Below are positions 13,301-25,900 of a stretch of DNA of 37,865 nt, piece by piece. The stretch's first letter is position 1; each line of letters starts with the position of its first letter. The notes beneath the pieces are model-generated. The model did no database searches. It was not told where the DNA came from and saw only the letters and a list, made by a program, of their open reading frames with translations. Position numbers and translations under genes: made by a program. Source of the stretch: Ministeria vibrans ATCC 50519 (Eukaryota > Protista > Filasterea); NCBI GenBank assembly GCA_943704425.1, contig CALSCP010000317.1:1-37865 (forward strand), given 5' to 3'.

Positions 13301-16300
13301 GATTCGCTGCGGAAGACACGGAACGAGTCATGGTCGGCGACAGCACACGGAATCTACATAGCAATGCATAATGCAATAACAACCAATGAGTACTAAAGTT
13401 GTTCTTTGTGCAGCGCATACCTTGTCGGGAGCGTAGGGCATGACAACGTGGTGGTTGTCCTTGTCGCCCTTGCAGTAGAAGATGACGCCCCAGCTGACAT
13501 GCAAGTTTGGCATGTGCAAAAAGTGGACTTCGTTGAGTTTGCTAGCGGCGCGCACGTACACATCAAAGCTGGAGGAGCGCAGGTCAAAAAGACCTGGAGT
13601 CCAGTCAAACGAAAAGCGAGAGCAGCCAAAGTCTAGCATGTCGTCGCAGTTGTACGGATTGCGCGATGCCAAGTTGTGGTACCACATCTGTTCAGACTTG
13701 AGGACCAGACGACCGTGCAGGTTGAGACGCATCTTGTCCCACCAGGGAAGTGCGGGCGACGGGTCCACCGTCACCTTGGTCATAAAATCCGATGCGGCAC
13801 TCACATCGGCAAGCGGATAGTCATACGCAGGACCCCAGCCAATTTCAAGCGCATCGGTATCGCCAAAAATGTCATAGTAGAACTTGAGTGGTGGCATTTT
13901 GCGGCCCACCACAATGGGGGGACGGTGGTCGCCGGCAAAGACGGAGTTGTAGCGCACAGCGTGGGGCGCTGCCTCTGCCTCAGCCCCCATCAGTGTCCCG
14001 TGGATGCTCACCTGAGTCGTCTCCACCAGTGGCTTCGGGTGGTCCCGCAGTTGCATTGTGACCCGATCTGCGGTCCACACAATCTAAAATAACAAGCGAA
14101 GGGAAAATTAGTCCAAACAAATAAATGGTTTGTATATTTCGAACCTTTCGACCCCAAAGAGTGTCAAATTCAAGACCGTCGTCCGGATACGGGCTGAACA
14201 AAACACATCATGATAAAAAAAGAAAAATCAAATTAATAAAAATAAAAATATAATAATTATTATTATTATTGTTATTATTGTTACCTGACGTGATCGATCT
14301 CTTTGAGACGGGCAACACAGGCAGAGAGGCCACAGAGGTCAATGTCAGACATAAAGGCAAGATCAACATTCTCAAGGATGGTGAGCATGAGGTGAGTGCG
14401 CTTGGGCCGGAGAGCGCGTGTTTGTTGGTGGCGCATGTGCAACACACGCGCATTCTGACGGTGGAGCTCGTCAAACATCTCACGCAACTTCTCTTCGGTC
14501 AGGTGCAGGTGACCCGCTCGCTCGCGGATTTGTGCCAGTCGCTGTTGCAGCACTTCTTCACGGAGCTCTCGTTCGCGTTGCTCGTCGAGTCCCAGCTCGT
14601 AGTTCTCGCTGAGCGCCACCTCAAAAGGCGCGTCGCCCACCTCCCACTCGCCACGACGGCAGCGCACACGCACATTGGCCCAGAGTTTTTGCTTCTCCTG
14701 GATCACCTTGGACGGAATGTTGTGGATCTTCTTCACTGCCTTGAACGCATTCACAAGCTCCTCCATGGCCGCCGCAAAGTCAAACTTGTGTTCAAACACC
14801 ACCCGCAACTGGTCCAGATCGTAGACCCAGGTGATCTTGGAGCCATCGACGGGTGCAAAGGAAGGCCCGTCGCAGCAGACGGGACCACGAAAAGTCTCAT
14901 TGGTGTCCGAGATGATGTCTTCACCTTCTTCGTCGTCGTCCAGGAAGAAGCTACCGCGTCCCGTGGGCCCCATGCCTTTGCGTCGATCCGCGTTGTTGTT
15001 GAGGTTGTTGTAGTTAGTATTTGAGGCAGTGCCGGTGTTGTCGTCACATTGGGTACCGCGGTATGGCGCCTGGGTCTCGTTGACGAAGCCACCGTTGACG
15101 TACCGAGCCCCCTGATTATCTGCAAAAAACTTGCTCTTGGGCTCCTCCAGCACATCCGCCTGTGTCATGCGGATGGTGGCATCGCGACAGTCAGCAACGT
15201 GGGAGTCGTTGATGGTCAAGTTGGAGAGGCGCACCGTCACACGCACCGGAGTGCGTGCTGTGGTCATGGCCAAGTTGACTGTGGCGCTCACATCCTGGTT
15301 CTCCCAGTGGAGATCGACGGTGGGTGCTGGTTTGATGCGCAGCACAAACGTACCCAAGGTCACGTTGATGATCTTCTCCGCAGCAAGCGCAGCCGCCGAC
15401 ATGGATTCCTCTGCAACACCAGCGCCCGCAGCACCACTTGCGCCGCTGCTCAACGGCTCGTTAGTTACGACTCGCGCAACCTCAACACCATCCAAGACTG
15501 GACCGTACTCACTGTAAACACCGTCCACGTCGACAGTGCCACCTCTGATGATCCCCTCATTCTTGGCATCGTCCTCGTCGTCACTGAAGTCGTCATCACG
15601 CTCGTCGCCATCGTCGCCACATTCTTCTACATCACCATCGTTACCACTGCGTCGTCTTGCAAGTCGTTTGGCAGGTGACGATAGTGGCGCGCTTGTACTA
15701 CTCGCACCACTGCCGACAACAGCAGCACCAAAACCGCTGCCACCGGTTGTTGTTGTTGAGGTATTTGTAGTAGTAGCAGTGGTAGGAGTAGTAGTAGTAG
15801 TAGTAGTAGAAGTAAAAGTAGTAGAATCAGCAGCAGTGGCAGAAACAGCAGTGGCAGCGACTCCAAGAGCAGCAGAATTGGACATGCGACGAAAGGCACG
15901 GCGAAGCATGAATGGTTCGTAGGTGGGTGCGACCGAAGGATGTTTGGGCAGTGCAGTGCCACTCGAGGATAGTAAGGCAGCGTCAAGATCGCCATAATCT
16001 CGTTCTGAGTCTGAAGAGGAAACAGATGTGGACGAAGCAGAAACAGCAGTCGTGGCAGCCAAAGTGGCAGTCGTGGTAGTGGCAGTAGTAGTAGTAGTAG
16101 TATTGACAGTGCGTCCGCCAATGGGACCAGACACATCGAGGGCACTTGCACCGTTTGAGAGCTCACCATCAAAGGCGATGTTGCTTTGAGAGGATCGTTG
16201 ACGGTAGTGTTGACGCATAAACTTGCGGCGTGCTTGACGTCGTGACAAGCACGTGTCTTCCACAGCAGTGACAGAAGTTGCTTGGGCAAGATCACTTGCA

Positions 16301-19278
16301 CCAAATCCCATTGCTGTGGCACCTCCTGTGATATCAGCGCCACCACGAGCGATCGGAAGCAATTCGTTGCGCAGCTTGACGACAAACTCGCTAACGCTCA
16401 TGGCCATTTCGGTGCAGTTGACGTGAAATGGGACAGCCCAGGAGACATCGAAGCGTTCCATGGCAAGGTTTTTAGCCTTGCCGCGCTCCTGCGAGTACGA
16501 AAAGGGACCAATATCGAGCCAACGTGCCTCGGGGTTGTCCAACACATTGTCGAAGACAACCGAAGAGCTCTTGAGCATCGCTGCATTGAGTGTGGCACAG
16601 CGAACGCCGTTTCCCTCGACGCCAATGCGCGCCAGAGCCGACGCCGCATCAAAGGTGAGGGTCAGATTGGTGGCACTGGCGCACAGCGCGAGTTTGTCAT
16701 GCGACCACCAATCTTCGGCGACGAACACTGTCGCGCGGCTACATGTGTAGTGCACCGTGGGCTTGAATGCGCCCAGGTACAGTTCATGGGTGTCGATTGA
16801 TGGTGCTTCCACCAAAGAGGGCACAAGGGTGGCAACGGAGGATTGGGACGGAGGCACACCGCGTCGTCTGCTGCTGCTATTGTTTTTGGAGTGAGCGCCA
16901 CTGCGGCCCACATGACGCACAGGCTTTGTTGCGGTAGTAGTCGTCGTGATCACGGACGGTGACGACGACGATGATGATAATGTTGTTGTTGCTGCTGCTG
17001 TTGTTGTTGTTGTTTTCGGAGTAGAAGCAGTGGAGACACGGTCACCGTGAGCCTGTGCGGCAAGATGCAAAGCAAAAGCGAGAAAGTCGCAGAGGGAGCG
17101 CGACAGTTCAATTTTGGCGCCGTCCATTTCAATGAGAGCGTGACCCTGTCGCGAAGCACGCGTGAGAGGAACCTCAAGTCGTACATGAAGGCGATTGACT
17201 TCGGCACAGCGGCCCCACACATGAGTGCCAACGGGCTGCTCAGGCGCATCGGAATCGCTCTCCTCCTCCACGTCGTCAGTGTTGTTGCTCTCGTGCTCAT
17301 CCGCGGAGTTGTGAGAGCGGGCGGTAATTGGATCGTGTTTGGCGCGTCGGAGTTGATCAAAATGACGTTTGAGGCGCGAAGCTTTGCGCGCAATGCCGAG
17401 CTCAAAGATAACGGAGGAGTGAGTTCGGGCCGACAGCGTGTCATTGTTGTCGGAGGAGGACGAGTCGTCGCCGGTGTGTTGTTTTCTTCGGTCTCGTGAG
17501 TCACTTGTGTCGCTCTTGTTGTTGTTACTTTTGTTTTTGTCTTCGTTCTCGTCCGACATGCCGTTGTCATCCGACGAGCAAGAGGGTGTCGGTGCTGACG
17601 ATGGTGATGGTGGGTTACGGAATGGACAAGTGACTGCCGCGGCGCCCTTGAGAACAAATGATAGGTCGGCGGAGGGAACGCCACGGCGCGTGCTGAGACG
17701 CACGCCCACATGTCGGATGGCCGACGTAATCAGTGGCGTAGCGTCGGCCTTGTAGGCTGTGATGGCCGCATCTGAGATGCGCAGGAACACTTGAGAGGAG
17801 ACGTTGAGAAGGGAGAGGGGAGCACTAGCTATGCGAAGAGAAGAGTGTTCAGCATCAAGTGATGGAGGTGACTCGGTGACGACGGTTGGCACTGCTGGTG
17901 GCAGTGCGTCTGCCGCCAATGGCGATTGTGTTTCTTCAGCGGGCTCGCGTTGCTGAATGACCTTGACTGACTGAGAGATGAGAGCAAGCCACTGCGAAGC
18001 TTCGTCGCCCGACGAGATGTGCACGGCGTCAATGGAGAGTCCCAGCGCGACATTGTTGAGAGTTGAGAGAACATTTGGGGGGCAGTGTGTTGGGGGTTCG
18101 TCAAAGAGAATGGCGCACTCGGCTTTGGTGTGGGCGAGCGAGAGGCGCGAGAGGGTGTCGCCGAATCGGCCGCGCACGCTGCCCAGTTCGAGGGAGAGAT
18201 CAAGGCCATCTTGTAGACGATGGTAGGCAGCACGAATAACACCGATGCGCATGGAAGCGTCGTGTCCCGGGCCCAGTGAGACGCTGTAGTTGACGCCTTG
18301 ACTGAGCGAGAAGGAGATGGCGTGCGGCAGCCTGAGCCAGGCGCGGTTGAGGAGACGGAGAAGGGAGAGGTGGGTGCTTTTTTCATTTGAGCTGGTCGGT
18401 TGCTGTTGCTGGACAACGGCTGAGCGTCGTCGGGGTGGAAATGGGGATTGCAAGTTGGATAGGGTGAGAAAGTCGGAGTGGATAGTGAGGGGATGAATGT
18501 CGACGGAGACGTCGCGGATTTCGATGATTCCCTTGTCAGCGTTGGGGTGGATAGTGGAAGCGGCAGAGAGGCCGGCGCAAACGGAAGCGGCAAGGGCGTC
18601 TGTGGGAGAGAGGAGTTGCGCAATGACGGGCGGGATTTCAACGGTGGCCGTGAGCGAACGGGCCGTCGGGCAGGACGCGAAGAGACGCGCGCGATGTTCC
18701 ATGCGCACGGAGACACGCGAGCCAACGGGACTGACGAATTCGACGTGGACATCGGAGATGGAGAGCTGGACGTGTCGCGAAAGCCAGAAGAAGAGTGGCA
18801 AAAAGCGTTCGAGCTTGCGACCGCTTCTGGGAGCGACTGTGGGCAAAGAGGCAGGCGCCTGCGATGCACTAGGCTCAACAGGCAAGTTGTCGGTGCGGGG
18901 AGCAAGCGGCGAGCCTTGTGCAGGCGCTCTGGACGGCGAAAGTTCGTTGGAATCGACGGAGAGCGCTGCTGCGTTGGCTGTCGCGGGAAGGGGGAACGCG
19001 AAGCTGCCGTGGAGTCTTGAGAGAAAGACGGTGACGAGGGGCGCGGCGGGGTTTGCACGGGCACCCCACAGAGGCTTGATGCGAACGCCGAGCTGGTCGA
19101 TGTTGACGGTGGTTTCGCCGTAGCGGACGCGGATGTCGTGCACACAACCCCAGCCAATGCGCGCCAGTTGCACTGAGAATTTGTAGCGCGCGCGCACAAA
19201 CGCGATCGCCAGGAGCGTGGCCACAATAGGCAGGCACACACCCAAGCCTACCAGTGTCACGGCAACCCACCAGCCCAT
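8116..19278 (-). CDS. BLTP2: Bridge-like lipid transfer protein Hobbit/KIAA0100/FMP27 family, ~3,586 aa, 5 exons (19278-14285, 14193-14145, 14083-13421, 13353-8789, 8605-8116)
   Basis: N-terminal TM anchor. Motifs DAPFEVALSENYELGLDEQRE, EFDTLWGR, QLRDHPKP, DPSPALPWWDKMRLNLHGR, HDSFRVFRSE, PIRRG, PVGGIPVVSHFEVNLVP, MKARASKN..FIYVKIP...CVSYKGEK, LEYHNRTLTWLDL. Exon total 10,761 nt = 3,587 codons. Confidence 0.93.
8620..8780 (-). repeat. Third copy of the GAAACA..GTGATAGAG minisatellite, in BLTP2 intron 4 (8606-8788)
   Basis: Minus strand reads GAGAAACAAACAAACGAAGTGATAGAGGAGAAAG...TGTGATAGAGAGAAAG... Confidence 0.7.
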
Positions 19279-19371
19279 AAATAATTTTTTCTTTTATATT
19301 ATTCAATTTTCGATTATTCGATCGTTGCCAAATTTTGAGTTAGATCATTTCAATTTAATTTTCCCAAAGAA

Positions 19372-19701
19372 ATGCTGGTGCTCCGTCCAACGTCCATTGT
19401 GGCACATGTGGGTCAACAGTGCGTGAGGGCATACCGTAGAACGGGGCTGCCGCGTTCTTTGGCGGAGACGCCCAATGAAATTGCTGTTGGATTTTACAGG
19501 AAACAAGTGAGGCGCACGCGTCTGCTGTACATTGTAAGGGCAAGAGGGGGAGAGGGAGAGGGAGAGGGGAGGGGGAGGGGAGAGAGAGATAGATAGAGAG
19601 AGAGACAGACAGAGAGGGAGAGAGAGAGACAGAGAGAGTTTGTGAGTGTGTGTGTGACTGTGTGACTGTGTGTGTGTGTGTGTGTGTGTGACTGTGCGTG
19701 C

Positions 19702-19732
<31 letters not shown>

Positions 19733-20267
19733 AACGAGATTAAGCGGAGAGGAAAGACGTGGAGAACGAGAGAGGAAGAGAAAGATGTCATGAGTCACTT
19801 CGAATTTTTAACCTTGTCGGTTGCAGAAAGAAGTTGCAGCGCTGAAGGCGGTGAAGACAATGGAGAAGGCAGCGGTGCAGTCGAAGCGGGAGAAGATTCG
19901 CGAGATCAACCAGGCGTACACGGCATTGACGAAGATTGCACGCGAGACGGAGCACACAAGCGAGCTGACGGCGAATGCGATGGCGCACCAGGCGCGTCTT
20001 GTGGCCGCACAGAGTCTGTGGGAGGCCAGATGGAAACGGAAGCAGAGATTTGTGTTTCACCGCATTGCACCGCTGCTGTCAACAACACCCGTGAGCGACG
20101 ACAACCTTGCGTCTCATCTCCACAGGGCACTCTCCAAACCCATCGAATTCAACGAGACACCCCTGCCCGTTCCGTTCAAGCGTCAGCGAAAACGCCGTCC
20201 CGTTCACGAGAAACTTAGTCTGCGGCGAGTCAAAGGCGACGAGAAAGAGTGGAAAACCAAATACTGA
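19372..20267 (+). CDS. MRPS26: Mitochondrial small-subunit ribosomal protein mS26, 200 aa, 2 exons (19372-19533, 19827-20267)
   Basis: Presequence-like N-terminus. YRKQVRRTRLLYIKEV, IREINQAY and DNLASHLHRALSKPIEFN parallel mS26 blocks as I recall them (YRQTVRALRMEF..EV, WNQAEN, ENLEARVEAALDSRKNYN). Phase-0 GT-AG intron. Confidence 0.7.
19545..19732 (+). repeat. (GA)n, (GT)n and (GTAT)n microsatellites in the MRPS26 intron
   Basis: Visible di- and tetranucleotide runs. Confidence 0.9.
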
Positions 20268-20418
20268 CAATAAAAACAAAAAGAACACTCATCATTAATT
20301 TTTTTGGTATCAGGGTTGGAAGCATGACGATGCAAGTGACGGCAAAAGCGCTTATGAAGCGCCTTGTAGTGTTTTTGTACTATTTTGTCATAATACGCGT
20401 AGGGCATGATATATATCG

Positions 20419-20560
20419 GTGTGTGAGTGTGCGAGTGAGTGAGTGAGTGAGTGTGTGTGTGTATGTATGTATGTGAGTGTGTGTATGTATGTATGTGTGA
20501 GTGTGTGTATGTATGTATGTGAGTGTGTGTATGTATGTATGTGTGTGAGTGTGTGTGTGT
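20419..20560 (+). repeat. Compound (GTGA)n/(GT)n/(GTAT)n intergenic microsatellite
   Basis: Visible runs. Confidence 0.9.
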
Positions 20561-20898
20561 AAGGAGGTTCACACATTGATTATTGAAAATCTGATTAGAA
20601 AAGCGACCTTGGTCTCGTAGGGTATCACTAGTTAGTAGTTTACTCTTATGTTCCCAAGTCACTTCCAGCATAAGACAGGGCGATAAGACAGTGAATTAGC
20701 GCACGCGTTTCTTCATCCATGTATATATATACCAGGGATCAGTTTGAGTGACCTAACGATGCGGGACTTAAGGAACAGATATAAGCAAAGAGTGGGGATG
20801 GGGAGAAAAGCTTCAACAATCGAGGAAAAAATCAGTAAGTAAGATACATTAGTTCTACATTAGTAGGTAAGGCAATATGAGGGCGGAAGCACTGAGAC

Positions 20899-21453
20899 TC
20901 ATTTTGGACCATTTGAGGTGGCAGAACGCGCAAGATGCGAAGAAGAAGGAGCAAGACGAGGAGCGCTGGGAGTGGCGGAGGTTGTGGCGGTGAAAGGGTT
21001 GCTGGGGGCGGCAGAGGCGGCTCCCGGTGCAGTTGGGGTGCTGGCGGAGCGCAACGCTTGAGCGGACGACGAGGACACACGCATCTCGCTGGCCTCGACG
21101 CTCTGGCAGACGCCCAGGATGTGTTCAAGGGCCGGCCGTGCCTTGAGAACCTCTTCGTACACTTGCGCCTTGGCACGCAGCTCAAGCACTTCGCTGTTCT
21201 TCGCGGCCGTGATCAGTCGCATTCTTCTCAGTTCCTACGCAGCCGAGAAAGCCATCAGCGTGCGCATGGCAGTGCCGCGATGCCCCCTCCCCCCCATAGC
21301 AAGGAGACGCCTGCACATGAAGAGCGGTACCTCTCGAGCTTCCGTGAGAAGTCCTTCGAGTTCCGAAATGGTTGCAGCCTGCTCAGCATTGTCATGGACG
21401 AGCTTGGAGATGTGTACGTTGGCCTCTGAGATGGCCGACTTGGGAATGGACAT
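20899..21453 (-). CDS. Small coiled-coil protein similar to VMAC (vimentin-type intermediate-filament-associated coiled-coil protein), 152 aa, 2 exons (21453-21331, 21234-20899)
   Basis: MSIPKSAISEANVHISKLVH and ELRAKAQVYEEVLKARPALEHIL resemble the VMAC ends as I recall them ([43 protein letters not shown]). Phase-0 GT-AG intron. The start is next to an N gap. Confidence 0.65.
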
Positions 21454-21515
21454 GATGCGCAATAGNNNNNNNNNNNNNNNNNNNTAATAGAGAATCGAAA
21501 GTCTCATTCGGAAGT

Positions 21516-21640
21516 TTCGGATTGGTCAGCAATTCGAAGTACTTAAGACACTAATCCCACAGCAACGGCGAATTTTCTCTAACAAACAAAGCAATGCCTT
21601 GGCGGCCGCCGTAAAAGGTCTCGATTGGAACCAATCAGCA
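21516..21640. promoter_or_regulatory. Cluster of CCAAT boxes upstream of the VMAC-like gene (ATTGG 21521-21525; inverted pair GATTGGAACCAATC 21623-21636)
   Basis: Motif matches only. Confidence 0.4.
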
Positions 21641-21707
21641 GACACCAAACACGATATTGCGTGGCGTATTATGATTATGATCAATGGTCAGATCCACAAT
21701 AGTAACT

Positions 21708-22835
21708 TCATTGGGCTGCAGTGGTTGGGGGCGCACCTCCTTCGCGCTCCTTCTCGGCGGGCTTTAAGAACTGCATAATAACCATTGGAACGATGTAAAT
21801 CCAATACTTTCGCAACTACACACAGACAGAAGAGAAAGGGAGAGAGAGAGAGAGAAGTGAGTTGCAAATTTCTCTGCTTTTTTGTTGTTGTTCTGGCTAC
21901 GAATTTGATAATCCAGGGCCCATCGTCCTCCTCCTCCAACTCCTCTCCTCCTTCCTCGCCATTCGCTTCGCCTTTGCTCTTTCTTCCTTCTTCCTTGCGT
22001 CGCTTCTTCATCTCCTTCTCTGCCTGTTTGCGCAGCTCAGACGGCACTTGCGGCACAGACGCCCCGTCGGCAGTTTTCAGGGCCACTTTGGACGTGAACG
22101 CCCCTTTGGATTCAATCTAGAGGGACATAGAAACCATCAATTGTGTGTATGTGTGTGAATGGGCTCTTGACAGTCTTACCTTGCGTGAAGACACTCTATA
22201 GTCAATGGCGACAATTTCTGAAGAAAGAAAGTCATCAATCGAGTGATCAGGGGTTCACACTGCATGTACAATACAACCAAACGCAATTTAAGAGCCGTAC
22301 CGTCGTCAGACATGTGAAGAGTGTAAAAGTCGCGTTGGCCACTCGACAAAAGCTGTTCGGCCGGAATAAACGACGACACCCAGCACTCCTCGGCGGGCGG
22401 GGCACTCTCCTCGGCATTGCAGGCAACACGCACACGGTAGAGGCCTTTGTTCTCGGCCAGCACCTGAGCAACACGAGCCAGAGAGTTCAAGAGAGAGAGT
22501 TCAAGAGAGAGAGAGGGTTAGCAATCAAACGAGGCAATGCATGCGACTGACCTGCAGCGCACTGAGCACCGCCTTGGGGTCCGACGCGGCCGACTCGATC
22601 GTCAGTGTCACACCCTTGGTGGCCTAGACGGAAAGTGAGGGTCAGCGCCGTCGAGAACGGCATGGGGGAAGGAGGGGAGGGGAGGGAGGGGAGACAGTAC
22701 GGAGGAGGGCAGGGAGACCGTGCCACGGTCCACAAACGAGCCGTGGCCGTCGAAACTGTGCTGGAAGCGAACCAGCCGATCACCCGCAACCGAAGCAGCC
22801 AAGCTGACGATCGCGATGAATGTTATTCGGAGCAT
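21708..22835 (-). CDS. EMC10: ER membrane protein complex subunit 10, 237 aa, 6 exons (22835-22719, 22623-22552, 22463-22301, 22217-22180, 22116-21901, 21815-21708)
   Basis: Signal peptide, then QHSFD...FVDRGT, GLYRVRV, SSFIPA..L..S...D..TLH. C-terminal FLRKYWIYIVPMVIM TM segment typical of EMC10. Confidence 0.88.
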
Positions 22836-22982
22836 GCAAGAAAATTATGTTGAATAATTTTAATTCCTCGTATTTTCAATTTTTCATTATATTTTTACAC
22901 TTTCTCATTCTTTCTTCTGGTAGCCTCAAACTTAGTCTCCTACCGTGTCTACTGGTCTTTTTTTGTTGCTTGTTAGTCGACT

Positions 22983-25900
22983 ATGGTGGAAGTGGCTGGG
23001 GAAGGGAGCGAGAAGATTGCCAATGAAAATCACCATGGCGACGCAACTGTGGACAGCGCCACGGAGCCCGACGACGGTCTCAGTGACTCGGGAAGTGACA
23101 GCGACATGTCGGATCTGAGTGTCGATGACTGTGCGGCGCGCGAGAGGCGTCTTCTCGAGGGCAATCGGCCTGAATCAACCTCGTCGCGCGATTCAGCCGA
23201 CGAGCGTCCAGAGGAGGCGGAGGAGCAAGCGAGCGACTCGGCGTCACGCCAGCGCCGTCTCTTGCGCATGCCTCGTTCAGTGTTTGCCGCCAACACGCAC
23301 GAGTGGCTTGCACAAGGACACTCGGCACCGCGATGGCCGCACGGATTCCGGAACCTCATCTACCCTGGTCCACAGCCGTGGCCAAGTGAGCCGGCGCACC
23401 GCGAGCCATTCTGGACGCGCGACAGCAGCCTGCCACCCGTACCACGGCCTGCTGTTGGTGGGACTGGTTGTAGCAAAACGCGATCAAAGGTCACGAAGAG
23501 CAACGCGGCTGGGCTGGCCGTCGTGGTGTACGATGCGAGCGACGACGTGTGTGCTCGCCAGCGGTACTTTGACGGACGCTCCTATTCGCCCGATCGCTGC
23601 GACGGCGACAACTCCAACACGCTTCCTGCCCCCTGGTACACACTGCAGTCGCCATCAGACACCACAGTGGTTTTTGAGGCGCGTTTCGAGAGCGGCAATT
23701 TGTTGCGTGCGGTGAAAATTCCCGACGGCAGTGGGATCGACGTGGATGCTTACGAGCTGGAGCTGCGCAACGACTTGTACACCCAGCGGCACACGCAGTG
23801 GTACTACTTTCGTGCGGCCAACCTGCGCCGAGGACGTCGCTACCGCTTTACCATTGTCAATTGCATGAAGAAAGAGTCGCTGTACAACGACGGAATGCGG
23901 CCGTTGGTGCTCAGCGAAACACACCAAAATTTGACCGTAATGGACAGAAAAAACTTTTCTTGTTTCATGTATAATAGTACTAATAGAGTGCTTCACAGGG
24001 AGAGACGTGGCGACGGGGCGGAGAGGAGATTGCGTACTACGGAGTGAGCGGGACGCGGTATTATGCACTGACATGGACATACACGGGCGAGCACGAGCAC
24101 GACGCCTGCCTGTTCGCGCACTGCTACCCTTACACGTACACTATGCTGGAGCAGTCGCTGCGCACCATGGTAGGCAATCCGGCTCTTGAAGGGTTTGTGC
24201 GCCATCGCATTATGTGCAAAACACTCGCGGGAAACAATTGTCATCTCTTGACCATTACCAATTTCACAAACGATCCTGGTTAGCCACCAATGATATCAGA
24301 ATCGCAAATTAATCCATACCTTGTATAGAAGTACTGCGTCTGCGCAAAGGAATTGTGGTGACGGGGCGGATGCATCCGGGGGAGACGCAAGGGAGCTGGA
24401 TGATGGAGGGGTTCCTGGAGTTCATCACAGGGGACTCGAGAGAGGCACAGTGGCTGCGCGAGCACGCTGTGCTCAAGGTGGTCCCCATGCTCAATGTTGA
24501 TGGCGTAGTCTGTGGCAACTACCGCTGTTCGTTGGACGCACGCGACTTGAATCGCGTGTGGAACCGTGCGAGTAAGTCGCTCCATCCGTCAGTGTACTAT
24601 ACGCGTGAAATGATCCGTCGGCTCAAGGGGGACCGTCCCGTCGCGGCCTTTGTCGATTTGCACGGGCACAGTCGCAAGAACAACGCATTCATTGTACGAG
24701 TCACCCGAATTGCACACACTTGCACGCTATTCTTTCTCATGCTGCTGTTGTTTTGTAGTACGGGTGTCCTGCGCGCGAGGGGGCACAGCGGTTCAGCGAA
24801 CAGCTCTTCCCGCGACTGGTCCACATTTGCGAACCGGACAAGTTCAACCTGGAAGGGTGCACCTACCAGGCACAGGCGAGTAAGGCGTCAACGGCACGTG
24901 TGGTCGTCTTCAATGAATTTGGCGTGGACCACTCGTTTACGCTTGAGGCGACATTTAGTGGCAGTACACTGGGCAGTGAGCAGGGGCTGCACTTCTCGCG
25001 AGAGGGCTTTGGAGCCATTGGGCACGCCGTAGGCAATGCGCTCTTTCGCTTTGTGACCAACGAAGTGGAGGGCGTAAACGCGCGCAAGGAAGCTCTGCGT
25101 GCAGCTGAGCGACAGGCGCGCGTGCGCATTGCCGCACTCATCAACAATCGGGCAAAGCGCCTCACTCGACAGCGCTCGTTCCCCAGCGCATACGCACCCA
25201 CCACCGCATCAGCAGCTACAAGTAATGGCACTACACCACCACCACCATCATCATCACCACCACCACCAGTTGTACACGAGGCGTCCTGGTCGTCGCTGCC
25301 CTCGCCTACCAACACCACTCCAACGACTACTCTATTCCCTTGTGACACACATCATCTCCCCACTTCTGAGCATCTCACCACCACCACCACCACCACCACT
25401 TTTTTGCAACAAAGAGCGCCTTCCTCTGCATCTTCTATTGCTCTTGCTTCTCGCAAGACAACCAAAGGGCGCAGCAGCGCGGGACGCGCGTCAACCACCA
25501 GCCGCAAGATCAAGTGGCCCAGTGAGTCGTCATGTGTTGTTGACCCAGACTCGATTGATCTCGACGCTGTCTATGCAAAGTACAGTAGACAGCTCAACTG
25601 CGACGACGGTGGTTCCGACTCGAGCCTGAGCGAAGATGAATGGAATAAGCAGCGACGTCAGCGCAGGCAGTTGGCCCTCAAACGTCGCAAGGAACGCAAT
25701 GCCATCCGCGAGCGCGCCAAAAGTGCCATTGTGTCAGCCAAGAAACAACGACAACAACTACAGCAGCAGCAGCAAGAACAACAAAGCACTCCTCCAGTGG
25801 TCGTATCACCGCCCACCCAACTGCAATCGGTCACAGCCAAAATCGACAGTCGCAACACAGCTTACACTCGTGCCGAAGACCAGTTCTCTCTGCCACCTGT

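Noticed and set aside
20265-20400. TGA-CAA-TAA at the MRPS26 end as possible Sec or readthrough site with a downstream SECIS
   Set aside because: ATGA-to-AAA spacing and helix do not fit the SECIS consensus, and readthrough would add only 2 residues.
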